Shown piece after piece: positions 18,147 to 28,973 of a stretch of DNA of 64,000 nucleotides; the first letter of the stretch is position 1, and the number at the start of each line of letters is the position of its first letter. The position numbers and the translations under genes are program-made. The DNA is from a bacterium (GTDB lineage: Bacteria; SAR324; XYD2-FULL-50-16; G965216635). Below the pieces are notes generated by a model. That model was not told the DNA's origin. It saw only the letters and a program-made list of their open reading frames with translations, and did not search any database. Where the stretch lies: the NCBI GenBank assembly GCA_965216635.1, contig OZ244188.1:1248001-1312000 (forward strand). Reading direction: 5' to 3'.

Positions 18147-19607
18147 GTGAAAAAAAACATTCCACTATTTTACAGCATCCTAATTAGTTTAATTGTTCTG
18201 ATTGGTGGTAGTTTTGCCAATTACCAAATATTGCAAGAAAAAAAATTAGCTATAAAAGAAGAAGTTCAAACTAGAACTAAAAGTATTTTTTATGCATTGG
18301 AAGACTCCATCAAAAACGAAGATCTACAAGCAATAGATTCTAAAATGAAGAGCTTGAAAAATGAAACTAGACAGAGTAAAGATCTGTTGCGAGTATCTGT
18401 TATTCTCTTACCTCAATTCTACTACTATAGCTCCACGCAAACGAAGCTGGTAGGAACGAATGTTCCAAACAACCTTAAAAAACTTTTTCAAAACAGCCAA
18501 AACTCCAATACCACTCAAAGAATATCCAACGAAGACGGTTCAGAGGTAACCTTTCAATCTGTAATCAATACAAAATCTGTATTGAATAATCAAACATGGG
18601 TTATAAATACAGTTTTTAGTGTAGCTCCTTTTGATAAAAAGCTAGCCGACTTGCAATTTATGCTCATTTTAATACAGATAGTAATTTTAGCAACCACCTT
18701 TTCTGCTGTTTATGTCTTGTGTTCCATCTTGTCTCGTAATCTACATTTATTAAGTTATGCACTAGGCAATATTTTGAACAATAAATCGGAAATCAAACTA
18801 GCAAATTCTTTTGTAGAAATCAGCAAAGTTCGTGAAAAATTAGAAAGAATTACCCGAATTTTTACGCAACAAAAAACAACTATCCAAAAACTAGAAGCAG
18901 AAATCCAAAATCCACTGAAACAAGGATCAATAGAAAGTAATACTTTAGAAAAACAAAATTATCTTTGTATTTTGATGCGAATAGATTACCTCGCCTTTAA
19001 AAATACAGATACAGTTTTGAATTTAAAAGATTTTTTATTAGACATTTTTTATTTGATTGTCAAACACACTCAAGAAGTGAGAGTTAAAATCCTACAGTTT
19101 AGCAATCAGTTTTTATTGGTTCTAGATTCTGAAAGCTCTTTTAGTAAGGCGCTTCAAGCTATCAAAACAATCCAAAAAAAGATTCAAACAAGCTCATCAA
19201 CCTACAAAAAATTTGGCGTTGCCGACTGCAATATCTACTTAGCAGCACACTATGGATCTGTAAAAATATCTAGTTTTGGAGAACAAAATACACAATATGA
19301 ACTAACCTATGGGGATGCTATCAACATTTTAAATTCTATTTTGGCTAAAACGCAAAGTGGAGAAATTTTGATTACAGAATCCGTATTTTCAGAGTTAGAG
19401 GGGGAAAAAAAGAAAGAATTTTTAGATATTAATCTTGATGTTTCTTTTCTAGGAAAAATGTACAAACTCTTGTTATGGGGTAAAAGAAAACCTAATACAG
19501 ATATTGTAAAAACTGAAAAATACGCTGAAAGAGAAAAAGAAGCCATAAAAGAAACTAAAAAAGACCTTTCCATAGGCAATATGTTAGAAGAAACACTTAC
19601 AAGATAA
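18147..19607 (+). CDS. Membrane sensor with degenerate class III nucleotide cyclase-like domain
   Basis: TM-periplasmic-TM, then IYLAAHYGSV...TYGDAINILNSI...GEILITESVF. Confidence 0.65.
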   Translation: MKKNIPLFYSILISLIVLIGGSFANYQILQEKKLAIKEEVQTRTKSIFYALEDSIKNEDLQAIDSKMKSLKNETRQSKDLLRVSVILLPQFYYYSSTQTKLVGTNVPNNLKKLFQNSQNSNTTQRISNEDGSEVTFQSVINTKSVLNNQTWVINTVFSVAPFDKKLADLQFMLILIQIVILATTFSAVYVLCSILSRNLHLLSYALGNILNNKSEIKLANSFVEISKVREKLERITRIFTQQKTTIQKLEAEIQNPLKQGSIESNTLEKQNYLCILMRIDYLAFKNTDTVLNLKDFLLDIFYLIVKHTQEVRVKILQFSNQFLLVLDSESSFSKALQAIKTIQKKIQTSSSTYKKFGVADCNIYLAAHYGSVKISSFGEQNTQYELTYGDAINILNSILAKTQSGEILITESVFSELEGEKKKEFLDINLDVSFLGKMYKLLLWGKRKPNTDIVKTEKYAEREKEAIKETKKDLSIGNMLEETLTR

Positions 19608-19632
19608 ATTAAGACCTTTCTTAACAATCTTT

Positions 19633-19789
19633 CTTGGCTTTGAATTTCACTGATGCTTACCTCACTATTGGGGCTAGCCAAATGGTTAGAAAAGTGCGAA
19701 AAAAAAATTTCCGCCTTGCCTAGCCGTCACAGCTGGTTTTGTCCTATTTGCCAAATTCAAAGGTCTATAATGCCTAATTCAAAGGTCTC
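19633..19789. mobile_element. MITE copy with degenerate left end and an extra right-end repeat
   Basis: CTTTGAATTTCACTGATG...CAAATTCAAAGGTCTA (19767), then TAATGCCTAATTCAAAGGTCTC. Confidence 0.8.
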
Positions 19790-19931
19790 ACCCTGCGTTG
19801 ATACCTAATTTCAAAACCCTCCAATCTGATTCTAAAAAAACCTTTCATTTTTTGCTATTTTTTATTTTTGCATACTACATCATATTATGGTAAAAGAAGT
19901 AGAATATTAATAACAAACCTATCCTATAAAA

Positions 19932-20807
19932 ATGAGTATATTAGTTAATCAAAATACAAAAATTATAGTGCAAGGCCTAACAGGCTCTCAAGGCACACTA
20001 CACGCTAAACTTTGTCGGGAATACTTTAATACCAAAATTGTTGGAGGAGTTACACCGGGCAAAGGCGGACAAGTCCACGAAAGTTTTCCTATTTTTGATT
20101 CTGTCCAAGAAGCAAAAAAAAAAACTTACGCAGACTGTTCTTTAATTTTTGTGCCTGCTGGGTTCACAGCGGATGCTATTTTAGAAGCAATAGAAGCACA
20201 AATATCCTTAATAGTAGTAATTACCGAGGGCATTCCCATTTTAGATATGGTAACAGTCAATCAAGCATTAAAGCAGAGTAAGAGTAGAATGATAGGTCCC
20301 AATTGTCCTGGTGTCATTACTCCAGAAGAATGTAAAATAGGCATCATGCCGGGAGATATACATAAAAAAGGATCTGTGGGAGTGGTATCTCGCTCTGGTA
20401 CCCTTACATACGAAGCTGTCCATCAACTCACATGTTTAAACATAGGACAATCTACCTGTGTAGGTATAGGAGGAGATCCTATTCAAGGCACTAGTTTTAA
20501 AGATACTCTGGCTCTTTTTGAAGAAGATGGGGACACAACAGGTATTGTAATGATAGGAGAAATTGGAGGAAGTGCAGAAGAAGAAGCAGCAGAATTTGCT
20601 CAAAGCAATCTTTCCAAACCTATAGTTGCCTTTATTGCGGGGCAGAGTGCACCTGCTGGTAAAAGAATGGGGCACGCTGGAGCTATTATTTCTGGAGGTA
20701 AAGGCACAGCTGAAGAAAAAAAAAAAACTCTCCAAAGATGTGGCATAGCCACGGCAGATACTCCCGCAGATATCGGGAGTTTAGCTAAACAGATTTTTAA
20801 ACTCTAG
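19932..20807 (+). CDS. sucD: Succinyl-CoA synthetase alpha subunit
   Basis: [34 protein letters not shown]. Confidence 0.98.
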   Translation: MSILVNQNTKIIVQGLTGSQGTLHAKLCREYFNTKIVGGVTPGKGGQVHESFPIFDSVQEAKKKTYADCSLIFVPAGFTADAILEAIEAQISLIVVITEGIPILDMVTVNQALKQSKSRMIGPNCPGVITPEECKIGIMPGDIHKKGSVGVVSRSGTLTYEAVHQLTCLNIGQSTCVGIGGDPIQGTSFKDTLALFEEDGDTTGIVMIGEIGGSAEEEAAEFAQSNLSKPIVAFIAGQSAPAGKRMGHAGAIISGGKGTAEEKKKTLQRCGIATADTPADIGSLAKQIFKL

Positions 20808-20840
20808 GCTCTTAAAATTTCAGAACAGCTAAATCATAAA

Positions 20841-21362
20841 GTGAAATTTGAAGCAATCGCTGCTATGTCTCAAAACAGAGTCATTGGAAAGGACGGCAAA
20901 ATTCCTTGGCACATCCCAGAGGATTTTAAGCTTTTCAAAGAAATCACTCTCGGGCATAGAGTGATTATGGGCAGAAAAACTTTTGAATCCTTAAACAAAA
21001 AATCGCTAGCTTTCCGAGAAAATATTGTAATCTCACGCCAAAAAAACCCTGCTAATTGGGAAGAACAATCTGGCTTTTCTTTTTATCAAAATATCACTAG
21101 TTTAATACAGAATTTAGAACAACAGATCCTAAAATCGGCAAGTTTAGGTGAAAAGAAAAAAAAAAATTTTATTATAGGGGGGCAGGAAATATTTCAAGTC
21201 TTTTTACCTATAATTCAAACAATTCATCTCTCTGTCGTGCAAAAGAAATTTGATGGAGATACCTACCTACCTGTTTTTGAAGAAGATTTTAAACTTGTAG
21301 AAAACAAGCCCCAAAAAGCCAATATTCCGTTTTTATTCCAAATCTGGGAGAGAAAAAATTAG
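20841..21362 (+). CDS. folA: Dihydrofolate reductase
   Basis: NRVIGKDGKIPWHIPED, IMGRKTFES, IIGG, GDTYLP. Confidence 0.95.
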   Translation: MKFEAIAAMSQNRVIGKDGKIPWHIPEDFKLFKEITLGHRVIMGRKTFESLNKKSLAFRENIVISRQKNPANWEEQSGFSFYQNITSLIQNLEQQILKSASLGEKKKKNFIIGGQEIFQVFLPIIQTIHLSVVQKKFDGDTYLPVFEEDFKLVENKPQKANIPFLFQIWERKN

Positions 21363-21378
21363 AATAACTACTTAAGTA

Positions 21379-22032
21379 TTAAAAGAGAGCTCGCGGCGGA
21401 GACAAAACACGAGCCCCCGCGAGTTTTTCTATCTCTAAAGAATCGGGATCTTCCCAATTCACTACCAACTTCACCAGATTACGAGACTTGGTTTCATAAT
21501 AAATGAACTTGTTTTTTCTTCCGTATAAATAAAGATCTCTCGTTACTCGCACATCTTGAGTGCAATAGTCTGCAATTTGCTGTAACTTCTTTTCATCTCT
21601 TGTTTGTGTGTATTCTTTATACCACTTCAGAGCATCCAATCCATCTGCTGATTTACTAGTTTGCAAGGTCGCCCTAGCTACACCGTCTAATCGTAAGCGA
21701 AACCCAAGTTCTCTTTTAATACGGAGTAGGATATCTAAATTTTTTTGTTTCAACAAACAGCTTAATATCTCTTTACTTTCTTCAGGAGACTTCCCATAAC
21801 CGCTTAAAACTTTATAGTCAAAATAGGCATGATTAAAGCCTACTACAGTAAACCCGCAGGTAAGATGCTTAAAAAGATCCTCAAACTGATTTTCGTAGTA
21901 GGTAAAAAAACTGTTTTTTTCAGAATCCCAAACAACAGCGACAGAATAAAGCATATTTTGTATATTCCCCCACCCCCCTACTTCATCGGCAGATCTTTGA
22001 GTCTCTAAATCAAAAACTAAAAAAGGATTCAC
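21379..22032 (-). CDS. RNase H-like (YprB/DEDD) domain protein
   Basis: VFDLETQ, VGFNHAYFD, KSADG, YCTQDV. Confidence 0.85.
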   Translation of the reverse strand: MNPFLVFDLETQRSADEVGGWGNIQNMLYSVAVVWDSEKNSFFTYYENQFEDLFKHLTCGFTVVGFNHAYFDYKVLSGYGKSPEESKEILSCLLKQKNLDILLRIKRELGFRLRLDGVARATLQTSKSADGLDALKWYKEYTQTRDEKKLQQIADYCTQDVRVTRDLYLYGRKNKFIYYETKSRNLVKLVVNWEDPDSLEIEKLAGARVLSPPRALF

Positions 22033-22286
22033 TAAATTCCAGCCCTTCTACTAAAACCTGTTTTCTGAATATTAGAACCTCCGAATTGACTTCCTACCAC
22101 TGTGCTTTCTCTTGAATCTTTGGTTTTCAAACAAAAAACATTCCCAGCATAGTCATCGTTGTATATTCTGATAGGTTCTGAATAGGTTGCTACCACAGGA
22201 ACTCCATTTTTACCGATACTCTCGTATCTTTGCACATCTCTAGGGTCATAATCACCGCGGATTGTGCGGTGGGCTAATGGTTTCAT
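22032..22286 (-). CDS. Small hypothetical protein
   Basis: 84 aa, stop overlaps next start; composition not AT-skewed. Confidence 0.65.
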   Translation of the reverse strand: MKPLAHRTIRGDYDPRDVQRYESIGKNGVPVVATYSEPIRIYNDDYAGNVFCLKTKDSRESTVVGSQFGGSNIQKTGFSRRAGI

Positions 22287-22376
22287 AGTTATAATTTTAA
22301 TGTTGAGTTTAAATTAAAAATTGTAGACCATTGCATAGTTTTCCTATAATCTAATTCAATAGTCTAGTATCAGGTT

Positions 22377-23348
22377 TCAGATAATTTTATACAAATCTTC
22401 TACCTGACTCTCTGCAAAGTTTAACTTATTTTGTAAAAAAAGCAATATTTTTTTAAATTCATTACTGTTTTTTGTTTTAAAACAGAAATTTAACTCCTTT
22501 TTTTCAAAATCTGAAGCATAATTGAGTTTAATTTGAGGAATCAATTTTAAGTTTAAAATTTTTTCTTTGCGTTGTTGTTGAATTTTATGAGCTATTGGAT
22601 TGCTAAGAGCAAAAAGCACTCTACACCAATTGTCGTATCTTTTTTGGGGAGAGTATTCTGGTAGTTGTGCGGGTGCTTCAATCAAATCCAACAATTCTAA
22701 AAAAGACACTTTTTTTACTCTTTTCAAAGCGACAAGAAAACCCAAAATTTGTTTCCACTCATTAGCATTAAAACGGACGGATGCGAATTTTTGTTGCAGC
22801 TTTTCTATTGCTTTATTATCTAAAACTCGGAAAACTTTATAAGTCTGAAGAGACCATTTTTCTGCAGGTAAAAATTTTTGCAAAATTTGTTTTCGCTCCC
22901 CCATTTCCAAAACTAGTTTGAAAAGATTGATATTAGAAAAGATAGGCTTAAAATCCAATCTATGCCACAACTCTATTTCAGAAATTTTCAAGAATTTTGC
23001 GAAAATTTTGATATTTTCAGCTAACTCAAAAAGATTGAGTTTTTGACATTTGTTAAAAAGTTTTGTTAGCCACAACTCTTCTAGAGAAAAAGAAGAAAAC
23101 ACTAAAAAAGGATAGTCATTCTCTTTTTCCAAAAACCGCCATCTTTGATAACCATCTAGCAAATAGTATTTTTCTTCAAATTCCAAACACTTCAAGGGCT
23201 CTAAAAAAAAATTTACTCCTTTTTTTTGGAAAACAGCTGTTTTTGGACTGACTTTGTCTGAGTTTGAGCTGGCTTTGTCTGGATTTGAAGAAAAAGCAAA
23301 AAAATCCCAGCAGAGAATTTTTTTGGGTTGCAGATGCAGTATTTTCAT
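22377..23348 (-). CDS. Protein with ParB/Srx-like N-terminal motif
   Basis: EPL...YYLLDGYQR motif. Confidence 0.5.
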   Translation of the reverse strand: MKILHLQPKKILCWDFFAFSSNPDKASSNSDKVSPKTAVFQKKGVNFFLEPLKCLEFEEKYYLLDGYQRWRFLEKENDYPFLVFSSFSLEELWLTKLFNKCQKLNLFELAENIKIFAKFLKISEIELWHRLDFKPIFSNINLFKLVLEMGERKQILQKFLPAEKWSLQTYKVFRVLDNKAIEKLQQKFASVRFNANEWKQILGFLVALKRVKKVSFLELLDLIEAPAQLPEYSPQKRYDNWCRVLFALSNPIAHKIQQQRKEKILNLKLIPQIKLNYASDFEKKELNFCFKTKNSNEFKKILLFLQNKLNFAESQVEDLYKII

Positions 23349-23995
23349 TTTTTATTGCTAGAAAAAAAAACAAGCAAATTAAGCCTCAAAAACCAAAATA
23401 GTAAAGAAAACAGAAACTTACCAACAAAAACTCGGCTAGTTAGTTGGTATCTAAAACTTTCAAAAAAAGAAATATGAATATTTTTTCTATATTTCAAAGG
23501 TAAGCATAATTTTACACGATAAAAAACTCCAATATAGGGGGTTTGCTCAAAAGAAAGCAAAAGCTCCAGTTTTTGGATTTTAAAAGAAAATACAATTTTT
23601 TTGATTAAACCTAGAATATTATTTATAAAAGTTTTTTTAAGCTTTTTTTTATAGGAACGGAAAAATGCGGAGCCTTTTTTTTTGCCCTTAGAATTTACAG
23701 TAGAACTCACGGCAGGCAAAGCTACAGATTCGTTTTTTACAGATTTTTTTTTAAAAAATAGCTGGAAAATTTTTTCTAGAAATTTTTGGATGGTGGTGAT
23801 TTTTTTTTTTTTGAAAAAATTTGTCTCAAAAGAAAGATGTTTATGGCTTAATATTCCCTTAAAAAAAGACAGATTAAATATCAATAGCTTTATTTCTGTT
23901 TGCGAAAAATTTCCTTGCCACAGTATTTTGAGAGGTAGAAAAAAAAACACAAGAAATAAAAAAAATAGTAAAGCAAAAATAATTGGTAGTAGCAC
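23345..23995 (-). CDS. Hypothetical membrane-anchored protein (DUF2953/YtfI-like by context)
   Basis: N-terminal TM, Lys-rich, directly downstream of YtfJ homologue. Confidence 0.5.
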   Translation of the reverse strand: MLLPIIFALLFFLFLVFFFLPLKILWQGNFSQTEIKLLIFNLSFFKGILSHKHLSFETNFFKKKKITTIQKFLEKIFQLFFKKKSVKNESVALPAVSSTVNSKGKKKGSAFFRSYKKKLKKTFINNILGLIKKIVFSFKIQKLELLLSFEQTPYIGVFYRVKLCLPLKYRKNIHISFFESFRYQLTSRVFVGKFLFSLLFWFLRLNLLVFFSSNKK

Positions 23996-24014
23996 AGTAA
24001 CTATTACGAAAGAG

Positions 24015-24377
24015 CTATTCTGATTTTTTCTTTTTTATAACCTTCTCCACGAAAGAATAGGTTCTTTCTAAAAAGTTAGGTATTTTTTCCAATAGATTTT
24101 CTATATTACCTGAAGTAATAGATTGAATGCTTACAATATCTTTTTGAATCACAATAAAAGCGATAGGCGTTAAAACCACACCACCTCCACCAGCAGAGTT
24201 ACTATGGTTTTTTGTGTCCCCAAAACCAAAACCAACTTTTACCGAATGTACAGGGATAATTGTTATTTCTTGCACCTTCATTGGCTCCCCGAAAATAGTT
24301 TCTGATTTTACAAAATCTTTCAGTTGTGGAATAAAATTATTGAGATATTCTCTTATTTTTGTAGCTTGATCTTCCAT
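24015..24377 (-). CDS. GerW/YtfJ family protein
   Basis: TIFGEP, TIIPVHSVKVGFGFG, GGGG...PIAFIVI. Confidence 0.88.
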   Translation of the reverse strand: MEDQATKIREYLNNFIPQLKDFVKSETIFGEPMKVQEITIIPVHSVKVGFGFGDTKNHSNSAGGGGVVLTPIAFIVIQKDIVSIQSITSGNIENLLEKIPNFLERTYSFVEKVIKKKKSE

Positions 24378-24437
24378 AAGTATAAATAGGTTTTAAGGTT
24401 TCAAATTCCCTCTAATTATAATTAAAAATAAAATTTT

Positions 24438-24719
24438 ATGCAAATCAACCTCAGCGGACTGCACATTATAGTAAAAGGTAGAGTGCAAGGAGTGTGTTTT
24501 CGGTATTATACCGCACAAAGAGCCTACCAATTAGGACTTACAGGCACTGTCAAAAATCTCTACGACGGTTCTGTAGAGATTTTTGCTTTTGGAGACTCTT
24601 TAAAATTGGAAACATTCAAGAAATGGTGTCATAAAGGACCCAGAGACGCCTTTGTTAAACAATTAGAATGCAAGACGGTCGCTTTTGAAGAAATAAAAGG
24701 TTTTGAAACTATTGGGTAA
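24438..24719 (+). CDS. acyP: Acylphosphatase
   Basis: GRVQGVCFR, GTVKNLYDGSVE, KGP. Confidence 0.95.
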   Translation: MQINLSGLHIIVKGRVQGVCFRYYTAQRAYQLGLTGTVKNLYDGSVEIFAFGDSLKLETFKKWCHKGPRDAFVKQLECKTVAFEEIKGFETIG

Positions 24720-24738
24720 ATCACCCTGAGAGCGTTTT

Positions 24739-26247
24739 TTACAAAATATAGCGACTCAAATCGTCGTTCTCGTAAATATCTTTGAGTTGCTTGTTGACAT
24801 AATCTACGGTGATTTTGACTCGATTTCCTTTCATATCGGGGGCGTTAAAACTCACTTCTTCTAGCAATTTTTCAATGACGGTATGCAACCTTCTAGCTCC
24901 TATATTGATTGTTTTTTCATTGACTTGAAACGCAATATCTGCCAAAAGATCTATCGCATCTGCATTAAATTGTAGCTTGACTTTTTCAGTATCCAATAGA
25001 GCTATAGATTGCTTGATTAAGGAATTGGAAGGCTCTTTTAAAATACGAATTAGATCTTTTTTACTCAGAGAATCTAGCTCTACACGCACGGGAAAACGAC
25101 CTTGAAATTCAGGTATAATATCCGATGGTTTGCTAAAATGAAAAGCTCCTGCTGCAATAAAGAGAATAAAATCAGTTTTGACAGTGCCATATTTTGTGCG
25201 TACTGAAGTTCCTTCTACAATAGGCAGTAAATCTCTTTGCACCCCCTCTCCAGAAATATCTCCCTTATGATGCTCTTCCTTGCCTACAATCTTATCTATC
25301 TCATCAATGAAAACTATCCCTGCTTCCTCTACTCTTTCTATGGCTTGCTTATTAATATTTTCTTGATCTATAAGTTTTTCGGCTTCTTCTTGTTGAAAGT
25401 GTTTTATGGCGTCTTTAACTTTAAATTTTTTGCTTTTCTTTTTTTTAGGAAATAAATTAGCAAAATTATCTCGTAAAGAATCTAACTCTTCTCCCATAGC
25501 AGGCATAAATTCTACTGATACAAAATTTGTGCTCTGTTCTCTTATTTCTATTTCAATCAAACGTTCATCCAGACTGCCTGATACTATTTTTTGATAAAAT
25601 TTTTCTCTCAACTGGTTTTGTTCTTCTCCTGGTTGTTGATTTTGGGAAGCAGTATCCTTTTTTTCTACTTCTCCGATACTGGCTTCTTTTTGGCTGGCTT
25701 CTTTTTGGCTGGCTTCTTTTTTGGGGGCATCTACTTGCTTGCTTACCACTTTTTTTGCCTCTGTCTGCTTAATATCTGTTTGTTTTGTAAATGTGTCTTT
25801 AATATCCGATTGTTCAATGCCCGGCAACATACATTCTACTACTCTATGGAAGGCTTGCTCTTCGGCAGCAGCTTGTACTTGATTTAATTTCTCTTTTCTG
25901 ACTAGATTTATAGAAATTTCGGTTATATCTCGTATAATAGATTCTACATCTCTACCTACATACCCTACTTCTGTAAATTTAGAAGCCTCTACTTTGATAA
26001 AAGGAGCTTTGATTAACTTAGCCACTCTTCTAGCTATCTCTGTTTTTCCTACTCCTGTGGGCCCTATCATCAAAATATTTCTCGGTGTGATTTCTTCTCT
26101 TAGTTCTGTCTTAACCTGTTGTCGTCGCCAACGATTTCTCAAAACAATCGCCAAAGACTTTTTTGCTTGTTCTTGCCCTATAATATATTTATCCAAAAAA
26201 GCAATGACCTGTTTAGGGGTTAGCTCTTCTATATTGATTGATTGCAT
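24739..26247 (-). CDS. hslU: ATP-dependent protease ATPase HslU
   Basis: GPTGVGKTEIARR, FTEVGYVGRD, FIDEIDKI, GARRL, C-terminal SRYIL. Confidence 0.98.
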   Translation of the reverse strand: MQSINIEELTPKQVIAFLDKYIIGQEQAKKSLAIVLRNRWRRQQVKTELREEITPRNILMIGPTGVGKTEIARRVAKLIKAPFIKVEASKFTEVGYVGRDVESIIRDITEISINLVRKEKLNQVQAAAEEQAFHRVVECMLPGIEQSDIKDTFTKQTDIKQTEAKKVVSKQVDAPKKEASQKEASQKEASIGEVEKKDTASQNQQPGEEQNQLREKFYQKIVSGSLDERLIEIEIREQSTNFVSVEFMPAMGEELDSLRDNFANLFPKKKKSKKFKVKDAIKHFQQEEAEKLIDQENINKQAIERVEEAGIVFIDEIDKIVGKEEHHKGDISGEGVQRDLLPIVEGTSVRTKYGTVKTDFILFIAAGAFHFSKPSDIIPEFQGRFPVRVELDSLSKKDLIRILKEPSNSLIKQSIALLDTEKVKLQFNADAIDLLADIAFQVNEKTINIGARRLHTVIEKLLEEVSFNAPDMKGNRVKITVDYVNKQLKDIYENDDLSRYIL

Positions 26248-26335
26248 AGTTGTTTTTAAATTTTTGAATTAGACATTCTATAATGCCTAATTCGGTAGTC
26301 TTCATTAGTGTAGGCAAGGTTTCTTTTAGGATTGA

Positions 26336-26884
26336 TTAAAGTTCTAATATATTAAACTGCCTATTAGTATAAATACAAATATCAGCTGCGATTTCCATAG
26401 ATTTTAAAGCAACATCTTTGGCACTAAGTTTAGTATTGTTCATCAAGGCTTTCGCAGCAGAAATAGCAAACATACCTCCAGAGCCTATTGCCATCACTCC
26501 ATCTTCTGGTTCTATTACATCGCCAGTTCCTGAAAGAATAAAAGAATGCTCTTTATCTGCAACGCAGAGCATCGCTTCTAATCTCCGCAACATTTTATCA
26601 GAGCGCCATTCCTTTGCCATATCTACAGCTGCTTTAGTAAGATTGCCTTGACACTCTTCTAGTTTTCCTTCAAACCTCTCAAAAAGAGTGAACGCATCTG
26701 CAGTAGCTCCCGCAAATCCAGCTAGGACTTTATTATGATAGGCTTTTTTTACTTTTTTAGCATTGCTTTTCATTATAGTATTTCCTAAAGTAACCTGTCC
26801 GTCTCCTATCATCACAACGGATTTGTCTTTTCTTACAGCCAGTATAGTAGTTGCTTCCATATTTGTTGGACTATTTGCGTTCAT
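26336..26884 (-). CDS. hslV: ATP-dependent protease subunit HslV
   Basis: [35 protein letters not shown]. Confidence 0.98.
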   Translation of the reverse strand: MNANSPTNMEATTILAVRKDKSVVMIGDGQVTLGNTIMKSNAKKVKKAYHNKVLAGFAGATADAFTLFERFEGKLEECQGNLTKAAVDMAKEWRSDKMLRRLEAMLCVADKEHSFILSGTGDVIEPEDGVMAIGSGGMFAISAAKALMNNTKLSAKDVALKSMEIAADICIYTNRQFNILEL

Positions 26885-26896
26885 AAATATTCTGCC

Positions 26897-27529
26897 TTAA
26901 ATTTTAAAAAAATTTTGAGCCACATAGCTAGAATTAGTAATATCAGCTCCTGCTTTTTGCATTTCAGCGAGAGCTTTTTCTTCATCTATTGAATCAAGGT
27001 TGACAGCACGGCAACCATCACTGATAACACAAACTTGAAAAGCATCTTGAAGAGCATCTAAAACACTAAATTTTACGCAGTAATCGGTAGCCAAGCCTAA
27101 AACAAACAGGCTACAGACAGATTCTTCTTTTAGCCACTCAGAAAGTCCCGTAGAAAATTTGCGATTCATATCATAAAAGGAACTATAGCTATCTACATTC
27201 TTATGGTAGCCTTTTTGGAAAGTTTTTGCTATCTTTTTTTGATTTAAGTCACCCCTCAGTTCTGCACCAAAACTGTTTTGAACACAGTGATCTTGCCAAA
27301 GAACCTGCTGGGTTCCTTCCAAATCAATCACATCACCTACCTTTTTACCAGAATGCTGACTTGCAAAAGATAAATGATTCCTAGGATGCCAATCTTGACT
27401 AGCAACCACAAGTTCAAAATGTTCCATCATTTGATTAGCTACAGGCACAACCATTTCGCCGTCTTTTACTGCTAAATTTCCATTGATACAAAAATCATTT
27501 TGAATATCAACCAATAAGAGTGCATTCAT
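26897..27529 (-). CDS. pncA: Nicotinamidase/pyrazinamidase
   Basis: VDIQNDF, QDWHP, HCVQ, DSYS, GLATDYCV. Confidence 0.95.
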   Translation of the reverse strand: MNALLLVDIQNDFCINGNLAVKDGEMVVPVANQMMEHFELVVASQDWHPRNHLSFASQHSGKKVGDVIDLEGTQQVLWQDHCVQNSFGAELRGDLNQKKIAKTFQKGYHKNVDSYSSFYDMNRKFSTGLSEWLKEESVCSLFVLGLATDYCVKFSVLDALQDAFQVCVISDGCRAVNLDSIDEEKALAEMQKAGADITNSSYVAQNFFKI

Positions 27530-27750
27530 TTTTTGGTTTTTTCAAAGAGATTTTAATAGCATTAAGTAGACTTTATAGTTCGGCAGGTCTGTCCCAATAT
27601 GAAAGATAGAAAAAAGACTAGATTGAAACTTAAACTTCACTAAAAACCTCAAATCCAACCTTTTTAAAAATTATACAGATAGCTACTAAATTGTCAACAC
27701 AAAAAAAACTGTATTAAATATCCCGAGAAATTGCATTTTAAATTGAATCA

Positions 27751-27783
27751 AAAAAGCCTCCAAAAACATTTTGGAGGCTTTTT
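27751..27783. terminator. Hairpin, copy 1 of 3 (AAAGCCTCCAAAA..TTTTGGAGGCTTT)
   Basis: GC stem flanked by A/T runs; recurs at about 29759 and 30796. Confidence 0.75.
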
Positions 27784-27880
27784 GATTTAGAATTATAAAG
27801 ACAGATATTGGAAAAAATTATTTTTACTTTAAACTAAAATTTTTCCGGATAACTCAGTATAAAAAACAATATTGAATACA

Positions 27881-27946
27881 ATGACAACCTAATATATGAT
27901 GCAGTTATTCAAGCTAAATGTCCCAAAAATGTAGCCGAAAAAGCAA
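27881..27946 (+). pseudogene. Remnant paralogue of 30937..31176
   Basis: MTT*, frameshift, then YDAVIQAKCPKNVAEKA vs MIAEVYDAFIQAKCPKEVAEKA; homologous upstream region. Confidence 0.8.
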
Positions 27947-27991
27947 TCCTAAAGAATCTTTTAAAATTAAGTCAATAGCTATAAACAAAAA

Positions 27992-28029
27992 CCCCAAAGA
28001 CTAAAGATAAAAATCTTTAGTCTTTGGGG
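27992..28029 (-). terminator. Perfect 17-bp hairpin
   Basis: CCCCAAAGACTAAAGAT-AAAA-ATCTTTAGTCTTTGGGG downstream of lipoprotein gene. Confidence 0.7.
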
Positions 28030-28146
28030 CTTTTAAAAAATCAGAGGTGAGAAAATTATTTTTTAAATTTCTTTAATAGGAGTTTTAAAAAAACAACCCA
28101 TAAACCAAAAAAAACAGTAAAAATAATTTCAATTTTTTTCATATCT

Positions 28147-28662
28147 TCAATTTATTTTCACCAAATCTTTCTTATAATTTTGAATACGAGGATCACTAAT
28201 AAGTAAAACGTGTAATTCTCTGGTTTCAGAATTATAACTACTACTAGATTTATCTAATCCAGCATTTATTGCATTATTTTTACCAAAAGTCCACATCGCA
28301 CCGGTTAAAGGATCTACAATTAACCAACCAAGAAAACCTCCAAAAAATATATTCCCAACAATATACCACCCACCGTTTAAATGGGCTTCTAATCTAATTG
28401 TTTGTTCCATATAACCATCAGCAGTAAATACAAAATCATATTTTCCTGCTTTAAAATAACCACCACTTCTGCTGGGTTTCACAGTTGCTGGAGTAGAGCC
28501 TGAGAAAACAATATTGTTGTTCTTATTTATATCAAGAATCTTAAAACTAGCTTTTGGCGTAGAAGAAACAGATATATTTTCAGCACCACCATCAACTACA
28601 GATGCACATCCACTAAAAGCAAATATAGCAGATAAAAACAATACAAGTTTAATAATTTTCAT
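28147..28662 (-). CDS. Putative lipoprotein (PEGA-like, GNIxxGGxxGxxIVDPLTGAMW family)
   Basis: Lipobox FSGC; ISVSSTP; GNIFFGGFLGWLIVDPLTGAMW. Confidence 0.8.
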   Translation of the reverse strand: MKIIKLVLFLSAIFAFSGCASVVDGGAENISVSSTPKASFKILDINKNNNIVFSGSTPATVKPSRSGGYFKAGKYDFVFTADGYMEQTIRLEAHLNGGWYIVGNIFFGGFLGWLIVDPLTGAMWTFGKNNAINAGLDKSSSSYNSETRELHVLLISDPRIQNYKKDLVKIN

Positions 28663-28973
28663 AATTATTTATAAATTTAAGGTTAATATTAATAGGTTTT
28701 ATCTAACTAAAACTAATTTTTTAATCAATTTCACTTAGATAGAACCTATAAAAAACAAGAGTGTAGTGTTTTTTTTTAAAAAAGTCAATAATCTTTTTTA
28801 GATTGATATAAAATTTTTAAAAAAAAATAAAGAAATTTCTCTAAATCATCCAAAAAAATAGATTTTTGAAATTTATTGCTTGACTTTCTAGGTGTTTTAT
28901 TTTAAGAGTATGTTTTTTAACATATTAATATGCTACTATCTATATTACTATTTAACCTTATCTAAAATAAATT

